This document shows positions 27,287-39,764 of a DNA stretch of 64,000 bases, piece by piece. The position numbers and the translations under genes were made by a program. The notes beneath the pieces are model-generated. The model saw only the letters and a program-made list of their open reading frames with translations, had not been told where the DNA came from and did no database searches. The stretch is from Peribolospora baueri. Taxonomy: Eukaryota. Numbering within the stretch: position 1 is the stretch's first letter; each line of letters begins with the position of its first letter. The stretch lies in assembly GCA_029717555.1 (NCBI GenBank), contig JAMDHS010000078.1, forward strand, positions 1 to 64,000, written 5' to 3'.

Positions 27287-29058
27287 ATGGATAGACCTAG
27301 TCGCTCAGCAGACGGCGCCGAGCCGAACACAGAAACCATGTCCCCGTCCCCTTCCCGGTCTGTCCCAGCAGACCCAAGCCCTAGCACCGACACCAACACC
27401 AGAACCAACGCCAGCGCAGCCGACACCGGGGAAGGGGGCCTGGGCGTGATCGACCTCACATCTGACGACACTCCCGCGACATCCAGGACCGAAGTTCCGG
27501 AATCGAGCACCAACAGCGAGGAAGAGGTGACGTTCGTGCGGGAGAATGAGGAAGTTGAGAGGAATCGCCAGCGAGAACGGGAGAGGGAAAGGGATAGGGA
27601 TCAGATTAGGGACGACTTGCTGGGGGGCAACGAGTTGATGGGTGAGCCCAGCGCGATGCTTTACTAAAATGAGGTGGCGCTCGCCCTTGGGCTGACGCTA
27701 ATCCTCGAGCTTCTGGTTTCGCATGGACGTTCTGTCTCCTATATCGTCTGACTGTCCTCCGTTCCGTTCCTTTTCCGTTTCTCATCTACGGCGGTGCAGA
27801 AGTGATCGCCAACGCGGGTGCCCTACGAGGGATGATTCGAAACCGCGCACCTGGTTTTTTCGGTGCTGGGATTCACATCGATCAGGGCAGGCCTTACGCC
27901 CGTGTGGCCGCGGAGAACAACAACATACGCTTCCACGAGGGTGGCGCGGCTATCGTCGGCCCCACCCTCGGCTTTCTCAACCCTCCCACGGTCGGCAACG
28001 CGGGCGACAGCCAATCTGGTCGCGGACGCCGCGTTCGCGCGTTCGGTGGAACAGCCTTCCGGTCTCCAGGTTACTTTGAGCGACAGGTAGCCGATTACAT
28101 GCGCCAGCTGGACGATATCGAAGGACCAAAGGAGACGCTCGCGGAGCAGCAAAAGGTCATCAATGGCATGCCTAAGCGGTTTTCGTGGAAGCTCACTCAT
28201 CGGACCAACAAGCCTAGGAAAGGCTTCACCTTGGATATGCCCAACCCTGATGCCGCTGAAGCGGAGAGCATTGACCTCGTCGGAGGTGGGGGAGGCGCGG
28301 GAAAGGGAAAGGGAAAGGGAAAGGCGCCTGCCAGGGAGACGGGCAAGGACGAGGAGGATAAGCAGCAAGAGGACGACGGTACGGCGGTGGTGGAGGAGGA
28401 CAAGAAGAAGCCCGCGCCGTCGGTCGTTTGCGCGGGCTGCCAATCTCGCCTCGTCATCGGCGCTCCCACGCCCGAGCAGCGTATTTACGCTCTCCCTTGT
28501 GGGCATTTGTTGGACGGGTGGTGCGTCAGAACGTTGACCAACCCTAGAAGCGGGGAGGACATGAGCAAGGGCGGAGGTGGAGGAGACCGAGACGATGAGG
28601 ATGTGATATCGAGTGGGAAACGCCGGCCGAACAAACGCGACGGCCTGTCCTCGTCATTATTGTCGCCACCGCCGGGAAAGCGAGCGAGGGCGGGATCGTG
28701 GTCCAAGGGCAAGGATGAGGAGGCGGAGGATAGCGACCCGACGGACATCGAGGAAGCAGAGGACGCGAGAGGCGGCGGTAAGAGCGGAGACGGGAGTGGC
28801 AAGACTAGAGACATCCACCAGTCCTCTGCGACTGCCGAGGAGGAGCAGGAGCGAACGGAAGAGGAAGAGAAGAACGTGGAAGAGGAGACGATGGAGGAAG
28901 ACGAAGAGGGGGAGGGTCTGGCAAAAGCAGAGGCGGAAGAGGCGGCGCTGCCCATCCCCGGTCCTTTGGCTTTTGAGTGCCCCATCGAGTGGTGCGGATG
29001 GAGGTGCGTGCCGGGGAGCAAGAAGAAAAGCAAGAGCCTGATCGTGTTGAGGGTTTGA
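27287..29058 (+). CDS. SIM-containing RING-like protein, probable SUMO-targeted ubiquitin ligase subunit (Slx5/Rfp/RNF4-like), 2 exons
   Basis: SIM-like VIDLTSDD, EEEVTFV and ESIDLV. RING-like ligands CAGC...CGHLLDGWC...CPIEWC and a short hydrophobic tail LIVLRV*. One intron at about 27642-27799. Confidence 0.7.
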
Positions 29059-29412
29059 AATTCTGCAGACGGCGGAGTCGTGCGTGTTTTCTTTCGTCTT
29101 CCCCTTCGCCGCCTCGAGTCCAATCCATGTCCTTCACCCTTACATTTCACTGTACCCGTACTCGCGTCCATGCTCTCCGATGTACTCTAATGCTGGGGAG
29201 AGGAGACCAGGCGGTAGAGACAGCGCAGTGTTCGTAACGTCATCTGATCGTTCCCTTGTCATTCCTTGCACCCTGGAGGTTGAGGGCGAGAGTCCGAAGG
29301 CGAGAGTGAATACAAAACGGAGAGAAAGAAACGGGAAACGGTGCGAGCGTGGGAAGATCTATTTTCATCGAGTCCAACGAAGTAGGCGCCCACGGAAACG
29401 ATGATTCTCTCG

Positions 29413-32400
29413 TCACAACTTGGACTTGGCCTTGCCCGTCGAAGCCTCCCAAAGCTTCCTGACCTCCTCCTTGACGTCCTTTTTCACGACCTTGCCGTTC
29501 GCGTTCCTCGGCAAGCTCTCGCCCTTGGCCTTGACGACGACGAACACGGGTACGCAGTGCTTGGGGAGGTGCTTTGCCGTCTCCGCCCGTACCTCTTCCG
29601 GCGACGGAGGACGCGAGCCCGAGGCGAAGGCGGAGTCGGCGGGTACGACCACTAGCGCGGGCACTTCGCCTAGGCTCGGGTGTGGGAGAGGGACGGCGGC
29701 ACTATGGAGGCGAGCGGACCGAGTGGCCGGCGTGAGACAGGCGAATGACGTATCAAAGCGATCAGATCAGCTTCCCTAGTTCGAACGCTGGCATGAGGAC
29801 CGGCCGTCCTCAAACAAAAAAGAGACCCGGCAGACGGCGAGAAAAGGGGCATACGTATGTACTCACGCATCGATCAACCGTGGATCGGTCAGTGCGGCGT
29901 TCTCAATCTCGATCGAGGCGATGTTCTCGCCTCCGCGGATGATGATGTCCTTGGCTGTTCCCGAGAAGAGCGTACCCTCGTCAGCCTGTCCCTCATCCCA
30001 CCGTTCCTTCCCTCTCCGTCCACCGACCGAACAGGCTCTCCATGTAGAACACAAACGGAGGACGGATCAACGACACACCTCTGTCGCGAATGTACACAAA
30101 GCCTTCGTCGTCTATGCTTCCCAGGTCTCCCGTCTTGAACCACCCGTCAGAGGTGAATGCCTTCGCCGTCCCCTCCGGGTTACGGTAGTAACTGATGGAG
30201 AGAGAGCGAGCGGGGGTGAGAGCAGGAAAAGCGCAGACGACGGTCAGCGATCGCACGCCGAGAGGCGAGGGAGGGGAGGTACACACCCTTTGCACATATT
30301 TGGTCCCCTGATCCACAGCTCTCCGATGGCGTTCCTAGGCACCTCAACCTCCGTTACCGGGTCAACGGCGATGATATCGTTAACGGGCGCTACCAGGCCA
30401 GTGCTCGTCGGTCGGGCGAGGTAATCTTCGCCAACGTGGCCGACTGCATGTCGAAGGAGACACAGGTAGACGGGGATGGTGACCCCGATGACGACGGACG
30501 GTGAACAAACCGCAGAGCAAAGCAAAGACGCGGGCGGCCGGCTCACCTGCGACGCTATTGCTCTCTGTCAGGCCCCAAGCTTGACCGGTGCTAGCGAGCG
30601 GGAAGGCCTTCTTGGCCTCTGCTATGAGGCTCTTGCTGGGAGCCGCACCTCCATAGCCGATGCTAATGAGCGGGTTTTTTTCCGGAAGGAGCTTCGATTC
30701 AATAAGCTCCTTGGCCATGAAGGGTACACTGGAGTGAGACGGGGCGGGCAATACGACGGGAAAAAAAGAGGTCGACAGCGCGTTCCGATTCGAGTTGGAA
30801 CACGGGCTTGAGTAGGGCAACGAGCAACATACCCGCCCATGGCAGTGATATTCTCCTCCATGATGACCTTGACAGCCGTCTTGACGTCCCACTGTCGATG
30901 GCGATAAAATCCGTGAGGACATATGTGTGAGCGTCGGGAAGAAGGAGGACGTGAAAGGGGAACGCCAGCGAAGTGATAGAACGGCCGCTGACCTTGTACA
31001 TCAACGCGAGCTGAAAGAATCGACGCAAGCCGAGCACAAGAGAGTCAACCACCTCGTCAGCGCCTGTTCAAGACGACCGCACATATGAAGGGAGAAGACA
31101 GGTGCATTAAAATGGTACGCAGAAAGGAATGGTGGGGTGCAATCTCACTTTGTTACCCATCGTCGTTCCCACCAAGAACATGCTTTGGTTGCCGGTGACT
31201 GGAGTTTGAGATGGGTGGAATTGCGGACAGGAGATCAGCTCGTGTCTTCTCCCGACCCGTCCGGCACAGGCATCTCGCAGGAGGGCCCATGAATCCTCTG
31301 AATCTTCTCAGCGAGCCTCAACTCCCACCCCGTCCGATCGACCGACCGATCGAACTCACCGTGGAAAAGCGGCACGGTGACCAACGTCCCAAGCTGAGGG
31401 TCGTCCGGCGTGGGAGGAGGGGGCAACGGATCACCTCTGCGTAGCAAGGCGCGTGGCACACCGCAGGAGCTATTGCGGATGTTGGTGAGATAGGCGCGGT
31501 GGGAGGAGAGGACTGCTTTGGGCATGCCAGTCTGTTTGTGGTTTGTTGAAAGGCGCACATTCGTGGTCATCCTTCCGTTGCGTGAAGAGGGCAGGAGTGA
31601 GGAGAGGGTGGCGCCACTCACCGTGCCGGAAGTGAACATGATGACCGCATCATCGTCCGGCTCGCAGTGCACGAGCTCGGGCGGAGAAGTGTGTTCCCTC
31701 TGGATACGACTGGCGTACTCGGATAGGATCTCTTCCCAGTCCCTAATTCCCTTGCGCCTCGCATCTTCGCACCTCCACGGTGCCTTTGTCTTTTCTCCAG
31801 CAGGGATAAACCCGTTTCCGTTGCGGGGGACGACGACCACGCCCATGAGGCTACCTCCCGGGTTGTGGTTTGAAGAGTCAGGGGCCACCGGGACGATGTA
31901 CTTGGGTAGAGGGGCCGGAGGCGTGGCGGGCGGCTCATGATAGTTGGGAGGGGCCTTGAAAGCGGGAGGGCGCGTTATAGCGGAGGAATAGAGGTGGGAA
32001 AGGTGTGGGAGGAGACGCTCGTAGCGCTCGGGGTCCACTATAACGACCCTACACTGCGCGAGGGAGAGGCAGTAGGCTTGTTGATGGCCTTGATGGGCGG
32101 AGAAGAGCAAGGGCGTTCTTTAGCAGACCGCCGGGTCCCATAAGGATGGCTCAAGGAGCACAGAAGCGGCGACAGAGGAAGGACGAGCACTCGCTCACAC
32201 CCGCTCACCTTCCAACCACGCGTTGGGAGCGACCATGATGGCGCCGAGCCAATAAGTGGCCAACATCGTAACGATCCACTCGGGGTAGTTGCGCGAGAGC
32301 ACGCCGACCTTGTCGCCCTTCCTCACGCCGTACTCTTTCCTGAGCCATTCGGCGACGACGAGGACGCGCGCGTGCGTCTGCTCATAAGTGAGCCTGTTGG

Positions 32401-32910
32401 GGTCCGATCCGAGGGAGAGGGGCAGGGGGTGGAGGTTGGACGCGGCCGACACAGCGCGGGCGGCGCCCGCTTGGGAACCTGAGAAAAGGAGGTACTGGCG
32501 AGTTGCCCAGGTCTAGGGGCAGTCAGACCGAGGATAGAAGCGAAAGAAGGAAGGAAAGGAGGACGGGAAGGGTGTGGACAATGAGGTCAGGTCAGTCGGT
32601 AGCGCCAGGGCCAGAAAATGGTCCTCTGAATCTCACGTCCCACATGCGACGCTGCGCAACGGTTCTGGAGGGGATCGCGACCACTCACGGTGGAGACATC
32701 CCTCCACCACACTCCGGCAGAGGCCCAGAGGTTCTTGTACACCTTCATCACCTTGCCCTCTACTGTGGCCGTGATGACCTCGTAGGGCGAGCCGGGGGTG
32801 GTGGTGAGCAGCCGATCGGTCTCTTCTATGGAGCGGAACGGCGTCCATGCATCATCCCCACTCATGAGGGCGGGGGGCGGGGGAGTGGAGGGGGGCGTAG
32901 GGAGAGACAT
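29413..32910 (-). CDS. Peroxisomal AMP-dependent acyl-CoA synthetase (ANL superfamily), multi-exon
   Basis: P-loop [68 protein letters not shown]-terminal SKL* is a PTS1 signal. Confidence 0.92.
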
Positions 32911-34216
32911 GCTGGTTGCGCGGCGTGGTGGTGACGGAGGGGCGGAAGATGGCGGTGGTGGTGGAGAAGAGGACGAAGGCGAGGCCGTCGCTGTCCCATC
33001 GCTGAGGATCCACTTGCGGCGACGGACGGCGCGGATGGCCGGCCCGACATTGTGGGGCACACAAGGGCAACGGCAGGCGACCGATTTACCGATTTACCGA
33101 TCTCCACCTCGACGGCGGTACCTCTGAGCACTTTACTTCCTTTGGCCGGACATTGCGGGGTGCAGCACGGAGTGGGAGCGCGGACGCGGTTTCACTGGGG
33201 CCACCATCACCACCTGCGGTCTACAGTACAGTACGGCACGGTGCAGCATGGGCGTGTCGTGCTGAGAGATGGTGAGCCTTCGGGCGGCCCTCGCTCGCTC
33301 GGCAGTGCTTGCTCGCTCCAAACGGGCTCTCGTCGATGCCAACCAAGATGGAGGTGTCTGTCTGTCTGTCTTTCTGTGCGACGTTGGTCGGGTGCAAGCT
33401 GCCGTAGCCGCCATTGCCGTACGATCTCGGCTGTACCGCCGCGGCTCGGTAAATTTCATAGCCGGTTATTCCCAGCCGACGACGCGCACGGCACGCACGC
33501 ACGTTACGGGTAGACGGCTGACGTAAGCAGGAAGGAGCACACACGTCGAGAAGCAGGCCCAGCTGGGCCCCTGCAAATGTGACATATCCAACGTGGTTCA
33601 CCAGCCATCGAGAGGGACAGCGACGGCTGGGCTGGCAAGCAAGGGTGATGAGAAGCTAAGCTTTGTATCGGCCGTCGAGACGACCGACGTCCGTTCCGTG
33701 TTCCGTCCGATCACTAGGGTCGTGGACGGCATGGGCAAGTGGCTCTGAGCACGAGACGAGACGGCGGGCACATGTGTATCAAGTCCCAGGTGCTTGGGAC
33801 GAACCACGGAGGCATCGACCGAGCTGGGTCGTGTCTTTTTTTTGACACGAACGAGCCTCCAAGAAGCTGCTGGTGCTGCTGCTGCTGCTTCTCTCTCTCC
33901 CGAGCTGTTCGAGAGAGAGCACGACTTTGTACCAGCCGCACCACGTGCCAGCTCGCAACACGTGCCGCAGCTCCGATCTCCGCAGGTTCTTCGCGCAGGG
34001 GCCGCGAGCGGCAGCCAAATTGCAAGGTGGCCCTCCATCTAAACTTTTGCCAGCGTCGTTCATTTCATGGCTCGCTCATCGGACAGGAGCGCTGTGGAGT
34101 AGCCGAGCAGCACCACCACCTCGTCTTCACCTCGGCGTCCCCTCTTCTCCATCGGACCCCATCTTACGCACGCTGCCTCGCTCCCAGCCTACCTTCAGCC
34201 GTCGCTGCCCGTCGCC

Positions 34217-37200
34217 ATGAGGGCCGCCTCCACGCTTGGCCGAGCTCGATGGGCTTGTGAGTCCATCTCCAACGCTTCGACCATCGCTCCTCGGCTACCG
34301 CAAACATCGTCAGAGGCGTTGAGGCAGGACGGGTGCGTTGTTTGCCTGCTCCCATCGTCCCTCTTCGCCACCTCGTGCTGACCCCCTTCCGCTCTTCTCA
34401 CCAGCCAACGCTACTCCGTTATCCAATCCTTCTTCACGCAAAAGGCGCAACGCACGTTCCCCTTCGCCCGCGATTCTCCCATGCGCGTTATCTCGCCACC
34501 CTCCTCCCCCCCAGCGCGGCCGCTCGTTCCTTCCTTCACGCGAGCCAAGTCACCATTCCCAATCTTCACGACCAGTACGACCGCCTTACAAACTTCACAC
34601 CCGTCACGACGTCTCTTTTCCTCGTCCGCTTCTTCTTTACAGAACGGCGACCGCTTGCCGGACTCTGACTCTTCTGGGTTAAAAGGAGGACAGGCTAGGC
34701 CGAGAAAGGAACGATGCGCACAGTGTCCCGAGCGAGTCAACCCTCGAGCTACTCTAGGTGATACCGGCTCCACAGCTTCTTCGTCTTCCAGCACCTCGTC
34801 CTCCACACGCGAGTCTTCCAAATCCACCGCTGAGTCTCCCGACTTGTCTTCCCCCGCCGATCCGACCGGTAGTCCTTCCGACCCCTCCTCCTTCCTCTCT
34901 CAATATCCCACCTCCCTTCGGAATCTAGCGCAAAACGCAGGCTACACGCTCCGCCGGCCGACCCGCGACGAGCTGCTGGCAAGCGCGACCAGCTTTTTGC
35001 AGCGTCTCCGCATACGTTTCAAGTGGTTCACCATCCGTGGCTTCCGCAGGTTCAATGCCGACGACATCTCGGCGTTCTTTGGGCTCGCTATGCTCGGTCC
35101 CGTCATGTGGATCCTGATTGGCACGTGAGTTTCGGCGTGGAAGCGGCAGCATGGAAAGAAGGTGCGATGGTGTTTTGACCTTGCGGCAATGCGCTCTCAT
35201 GCGACCTGTTCAGGACCACCTTCTTCTCCGTCGTCTTCGCCACGCTCAACTCGTTCCAGCTTCAAGGTGAGTTCTTGCATGGGTCACTCTCCCCCTCGCT
35301 CCTTTTCGCTTATTCCGGCCGCCATTTCGCCGTATCGCTTTCAGAGTGGCTCGCTAGAAAGCTCGGAGACTATATGACGAGCAACACTGGCATCACGGTC
35401 GTCTTCGAGTCAGCCATCGTTCCCAAGTGGAAGGACTCGAAGATCAGCTTCAAGAACGTCTATGTCTCCCGTCGACCCCGCTCGCAGATTGCCATCGCCC
35501 TCGAAGAACGGGAGAAGACGCGACGTGAGGCTAGACGGACGGCGACTAAGAACGGCGCCAACACGGCCGCAGGTTGGGGGATGGCGTGGGAAGGCCTCGC
35601 ACAATGGTTTGACGACGGCGACGACGAGCCGCCCTCCTCCTCGCCACCCACCAAAGAGGAGGTTGAAGAAGAAGATGCCAATTATACCATGTTCGACCTC
35701 AATATCGACAGCGTCGACGTCACCCTCAGTCTGGCTCGATGGCTCGACGGAAAAGGCCTTGTCGAGTCGGCCGTCGTCAAAGGCGTGCGTGGCATCATCG
35801 GTGAGTCGCCGCGAGTCGCCGCCTTGGCCGTGTTGTGACTGAGTCCTTTGTCCAATCGCCGTTCTCCAAGACCGTCGACACGTTTATTGGGACCCGGACG
35901 TCCCCTGGGACTACCGCGCGGCGCGCACTCGCGCCCAACCGGGGGACTTCCACCTCAATTCGCTCCAAGTCGAAGACCTCCTCGTGACCGTCTACCAGCC
36001 AGGCGACTTTCGACCTTTCAATTTCAGCGTCTTCTCTGCCCATGTGCGCACGCTGCGGAAGCAATGGCTGTGCTTCGATATGCTCTGCGCGGATAGTATC
36101 ACGGGTCAGGTGGATGGGTGCCTGTTCAGCTTACACAAACCGCAGAGTATTGGGAGGACGACGGAGGCAGATTTGAAGGATAGTCGGTGGAAGAGAATGG
36201 TGAGTGCTAAAGCCGATGACAGTCCTCTCCTCCCTTGGTGACGACGACCCGTTGCTGAGCTTCCTTTCGATCGCTTTGTGATCGCTTGTCCTAGTCTCGC
36301 ATTCGCATTGACGGCGTCAATATAGATCACGTACGCCCCGACGTGACGGGCCCTCTCTCGTGGATCACTTCGGGCAAATTTGATGGTGAGCACGTGGAAC
36401 GGTCTTGGTCGCTTCGTTCTTTTCGACAGGAGTCGTTCATACGACAAAGCATCAGCGCAGTTCATTTTGACTCACCCGCTCTCGCCCTTTCACTTTACCT
36501 CCTGCTGCAACTCGAACCGTCTCCGTTGGTAGTGGTGGCGGACGTCAAGCTGCCCCGTGACCCGTCAGAAGAGATCGACATCAACGCGATCATTTCTGAG
36601 CTCGTCGACAACCTGTCCCACGCAGTCCTGGGAGGCGAAGACGAGAGCTTGGTCGACGGCAAGCCCGACCCAAACGAGCGCATTCCGGGGCAGCATCCGC
36701 TCGCGAGACCGCCCATCCAGGCACCTAGCAACGCTCCCCGTCCTCAGACCGTTCATGGGGCCCTTGGCGCGTCCACGGCCCTCAGTGCTGGCTCGCCGTC
36801 GTCCTCTGAGAACACGATGGCCGTCCCGATCGACACCGGTTCGGATGGCATCACCCAGGCTTCGTCGACGTCGGCAGCCAACCAACGAAAGCAGACTCTA
36901 CCGAAGGAGACGTCGGACATCGACGCGGCGGCGTCGGCAACAACATCCCAATCTGCCACAGAGCGCGAGCGCGACCGGGACCGCGATCTGAGGAGGGAGC
37001 AAGCGACAAAGGAGATCGAAGCTTCTGTGTTGGCCGAGAAGGAGAAGCCGACGGTGACGGTGGACGTGGAGGTCAGGTTCAAGGACATTAAGGCGGCTGT
37101 TCCCCTTTTCACTCGCGACCTCACCGTCGTGGATAGCGCGCTCGTTCGACCCATCGTTGCTTTCATGAACGCGAATAGGGTGCGTTCGTTGAGCCGCGGA

Positions 37201-37660
37201 CGGCGCGAGACCGGTCTTCGAATCGTCGCTGACCCCCATTTCCTCTCGCCATCCCCATCCCCATCCCCATCTGCACAGACCCTCATCCCCATCCACATTC
37301 GTGTGGACCTAGACCTGAAGGAGTTTGACGGCTCGCTCGACCTTGCCCAGACTGGCCTGCTCAATATCGTTTCGGACAAGGTGAGCTGGTGGGCCCTTGG
37401 CGCACGGCATCGCGAGCCCAGAGTCCGATGGGAGTTCCCTTCCCCTCATTCACCCATCGCCCTCATCCGTACGCTCCTCACCCCCCCAGATCTACGAAGC
37501 CTTAGCCCACCACGTCCAGTCCGAGAGCGCAAACTCGCAGCGTCTGCGCAACGTGAGTCTGTGGAGCCTCCGCTTGACTGCCAACGCCGCACACAACCTC
37601 GTCAGCACGATGAGGGACAATTTGGCACGGAGCAACTTTGCGGGCGCTGAAGCCTCTTGA
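34217..37660 (+). CDS. MDM31: Mitochondrial distribution and morphology protein 31 (multi-exon)
   Basis: Arg/Ser-rich presequence; RPTRDELLASATSFLQRLRIRFKWFTIRGFRRFNADDISAFF, VVFESAIVPKWKDSKISFKNVYVSRRP, NYTMFDLNIDSVDVTLS, FSLHKPQ, GPLSWITSGK, RPIVAFMN. Confidence 0.92.
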
Positions 37661-37756
37661 CGGTCTGGGCCGGTGGGCGGTTCGGGGCCAAAGGCACATC
37701 TTTGCGAGCCCCGGCGATGAAATCAGGTAGGAGCGGGCGCTGTCCGCTCCTATCCT

Positions 37757-37806
37757 CCCCCCCCCCCCCCCCCCCCCCCCTTCCCCCCTTTTTTTTTTTT
37801 TTTTTT
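37757..37806. repeat. poly(C)/poly(T) homopolymer tract
   Basis: About 24 C, then ttcccccc, then about 18 T, between the convergent MDM31 and TMA16 3' ends. Confidence 0.85.
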
Positions 37807-38294
37807 GCTTTTTCTTCCTTCCTCGCTCTTCGTTAGGTACGGGCTCATCTCTTGTTCTAGGTTCCGTTCTTCATGTCTCTTCGCCTCTTCGTCACTGTCG
37901 GGTCTTGAACGGTCATCTCATCTCGTCGGCGCTTCCTCGGTTGCATGTTTGATATGGTCGACTTTTTTTTCTTTTTCTCTTTTCTCTCTCACCCCTGCTC
38001 TCTTTCCTGCCCTCTGCCCTCGTTCTCTTTTCAACACGCACACGCACTCATTTGCTGTAACCTACCGAATCCGTCCCCGTCCCCGTCCCCGTCCTTTCGC
38101 CGACCTCGTCCGTTCATTTCATCTCATCCAGCAGCCTCGCCCTCCCCTTTTTTCTTCCCGCTTTGTTTCGTGCAATTCGCAGCAGCTCCTCGTGACGGCT
38201 GGAGTGCATGTGTCTACAAAGGGAGACTGGGTATGTGGGGGAGGAAAAGTCGAGTCACAACTGGGAGAGGGTCGAAGCGGGCAAACCGAGAAGG

Positions 38295-39368
38295 CTATGG
38301 AATATCATCCATGGTCGCCATGGAATCCGCCTTCCTGAATGACACCGTCTCCGGCCTCATGGGACTGCCGACCGAGTGCGCTTCTTGCTCCAGCACCGCG
38401 TCCTCCACATCCATTCCCTCGCCGTCGCCTACCGCCTCCTCTTCCTTTTCGACTTGCCGTCCTCCTCCTTCTGCCGACTGTCCCCGTAGCTTGTCCTTCT
38501 TCCCCTCCTGGCTGACGACGACCTCGTCGGGATGGGAAGCGGAGATGCGAATGAGTCGGAGGTGCGGGACGAAGCTTGGATCGCCCGTCCATGCTCGGAG
38601 GATTGTCACCGATTCGGGAGTCAGAAGGTCTGGGATCTCTGTCGTACGTCGAGTACGGCGAGAGGGGGCGGACGGGGAAGTTTAAAATGAGAACGGCGCC
38701 AGGAGTCAAGACGAGGTCGAGCCGACGAGTAAAACAGCGAGACGAAGCAAGCCTCGTCAGGGCGCAAGACTCACCCAGCCCACTCCGATACTCTTCCCTC
38801 TCGGCCTCCATTCTCCTCTCGAGCTCCTCCTCCCTCTTACACTTCGGCCTCCCTGGTCTTCGCTCCTTCTGTAGTCTATTCAGCTCCTCACTGTCGCGCT
38901 CTAGGTATTCGAGCAGGACAAGCTCGTGTAGAGAGGGAAGGCTAAGATGTGTTGTGGATGGGTCGAGTGCATGTTGGAAGAACGAGAAGCGGTCCACTGA
39001 GAAGGACAAGGATGGGAGAGAGGCGGCGTTCAAGGCGAAAGCGGCGTAGACGGCAACAGAGAGTCTCGCTCGAAGCGCTTAGCGACGGCCCATCCTACCC
39101 CTGCCACCACCATCCCTGCTGACGACTCACATCTGGAAAACACCTTCCCCTTTCTCTCCTTCCGCTGCTGTTCCAATTTTTCCTTTCTCAACGACACCCT
39201 GTCCAGCTGCTTCGCCCTCCTCGAATTGGGGTGTGTTTTTTCACCCTTTCGCTTCACGTTCTTTGCTGTGATCTAGGGTGGGAAGTTAGTGCGGTAGACT
39301 GTGAGCTTCTCTGGCGTCTTTCCGTGGCTTCTTGTGAACGAGTACAGGCTCACTTTCCGGCCTCCCAT
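38295..39368 (-). CDS. TMA16: Translation machinery-associated protein 16 (60S biogenesis factor)
   Basis: MGGRK|ITAKNVK...HPNSRRAKQLDR...DRFSFFQ...EELNRLQKERRPGRPK..REEEL...EYRSGL|EIPDL...W.GD. Confidence 0.85.
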
Positions 39369-39764
39369 GGCTGTTCTTATGAACCAAGTCTCTCGCCGCC
39401 CTGCGTCTGCTGGTTTCGGACGTCTCCTCGTCCTCAGCATGCGTCGTCAGGTCGCCGCACCGTCGATCCAAAAAGACTGCGGCAGGCCGGGGGCGCGTGG
39501 GAATCGAGGTCGGGTTAGGGTTATCACAGCGCGCGATCACGTTCGCGAGGTCGGTGCGAGGTCGAGTTGGATGCCGTCGACGCAAGGTGACGACGGTCAG
39601 CCAGGTCGTCCACCTTCATTGCTCGTTTTCGTTCATCGCCTGCTTTCCCTTTCTTCTTTATTCCGGACGCTTCTCTTTTTTCTTCTTTTTGGCTCGCGTT
39701 TCTTTGGGAGCAGTCTTTATCTGGCTCCCGTCGACCGGCGGGGATAGTGGGACCGACGACGACC

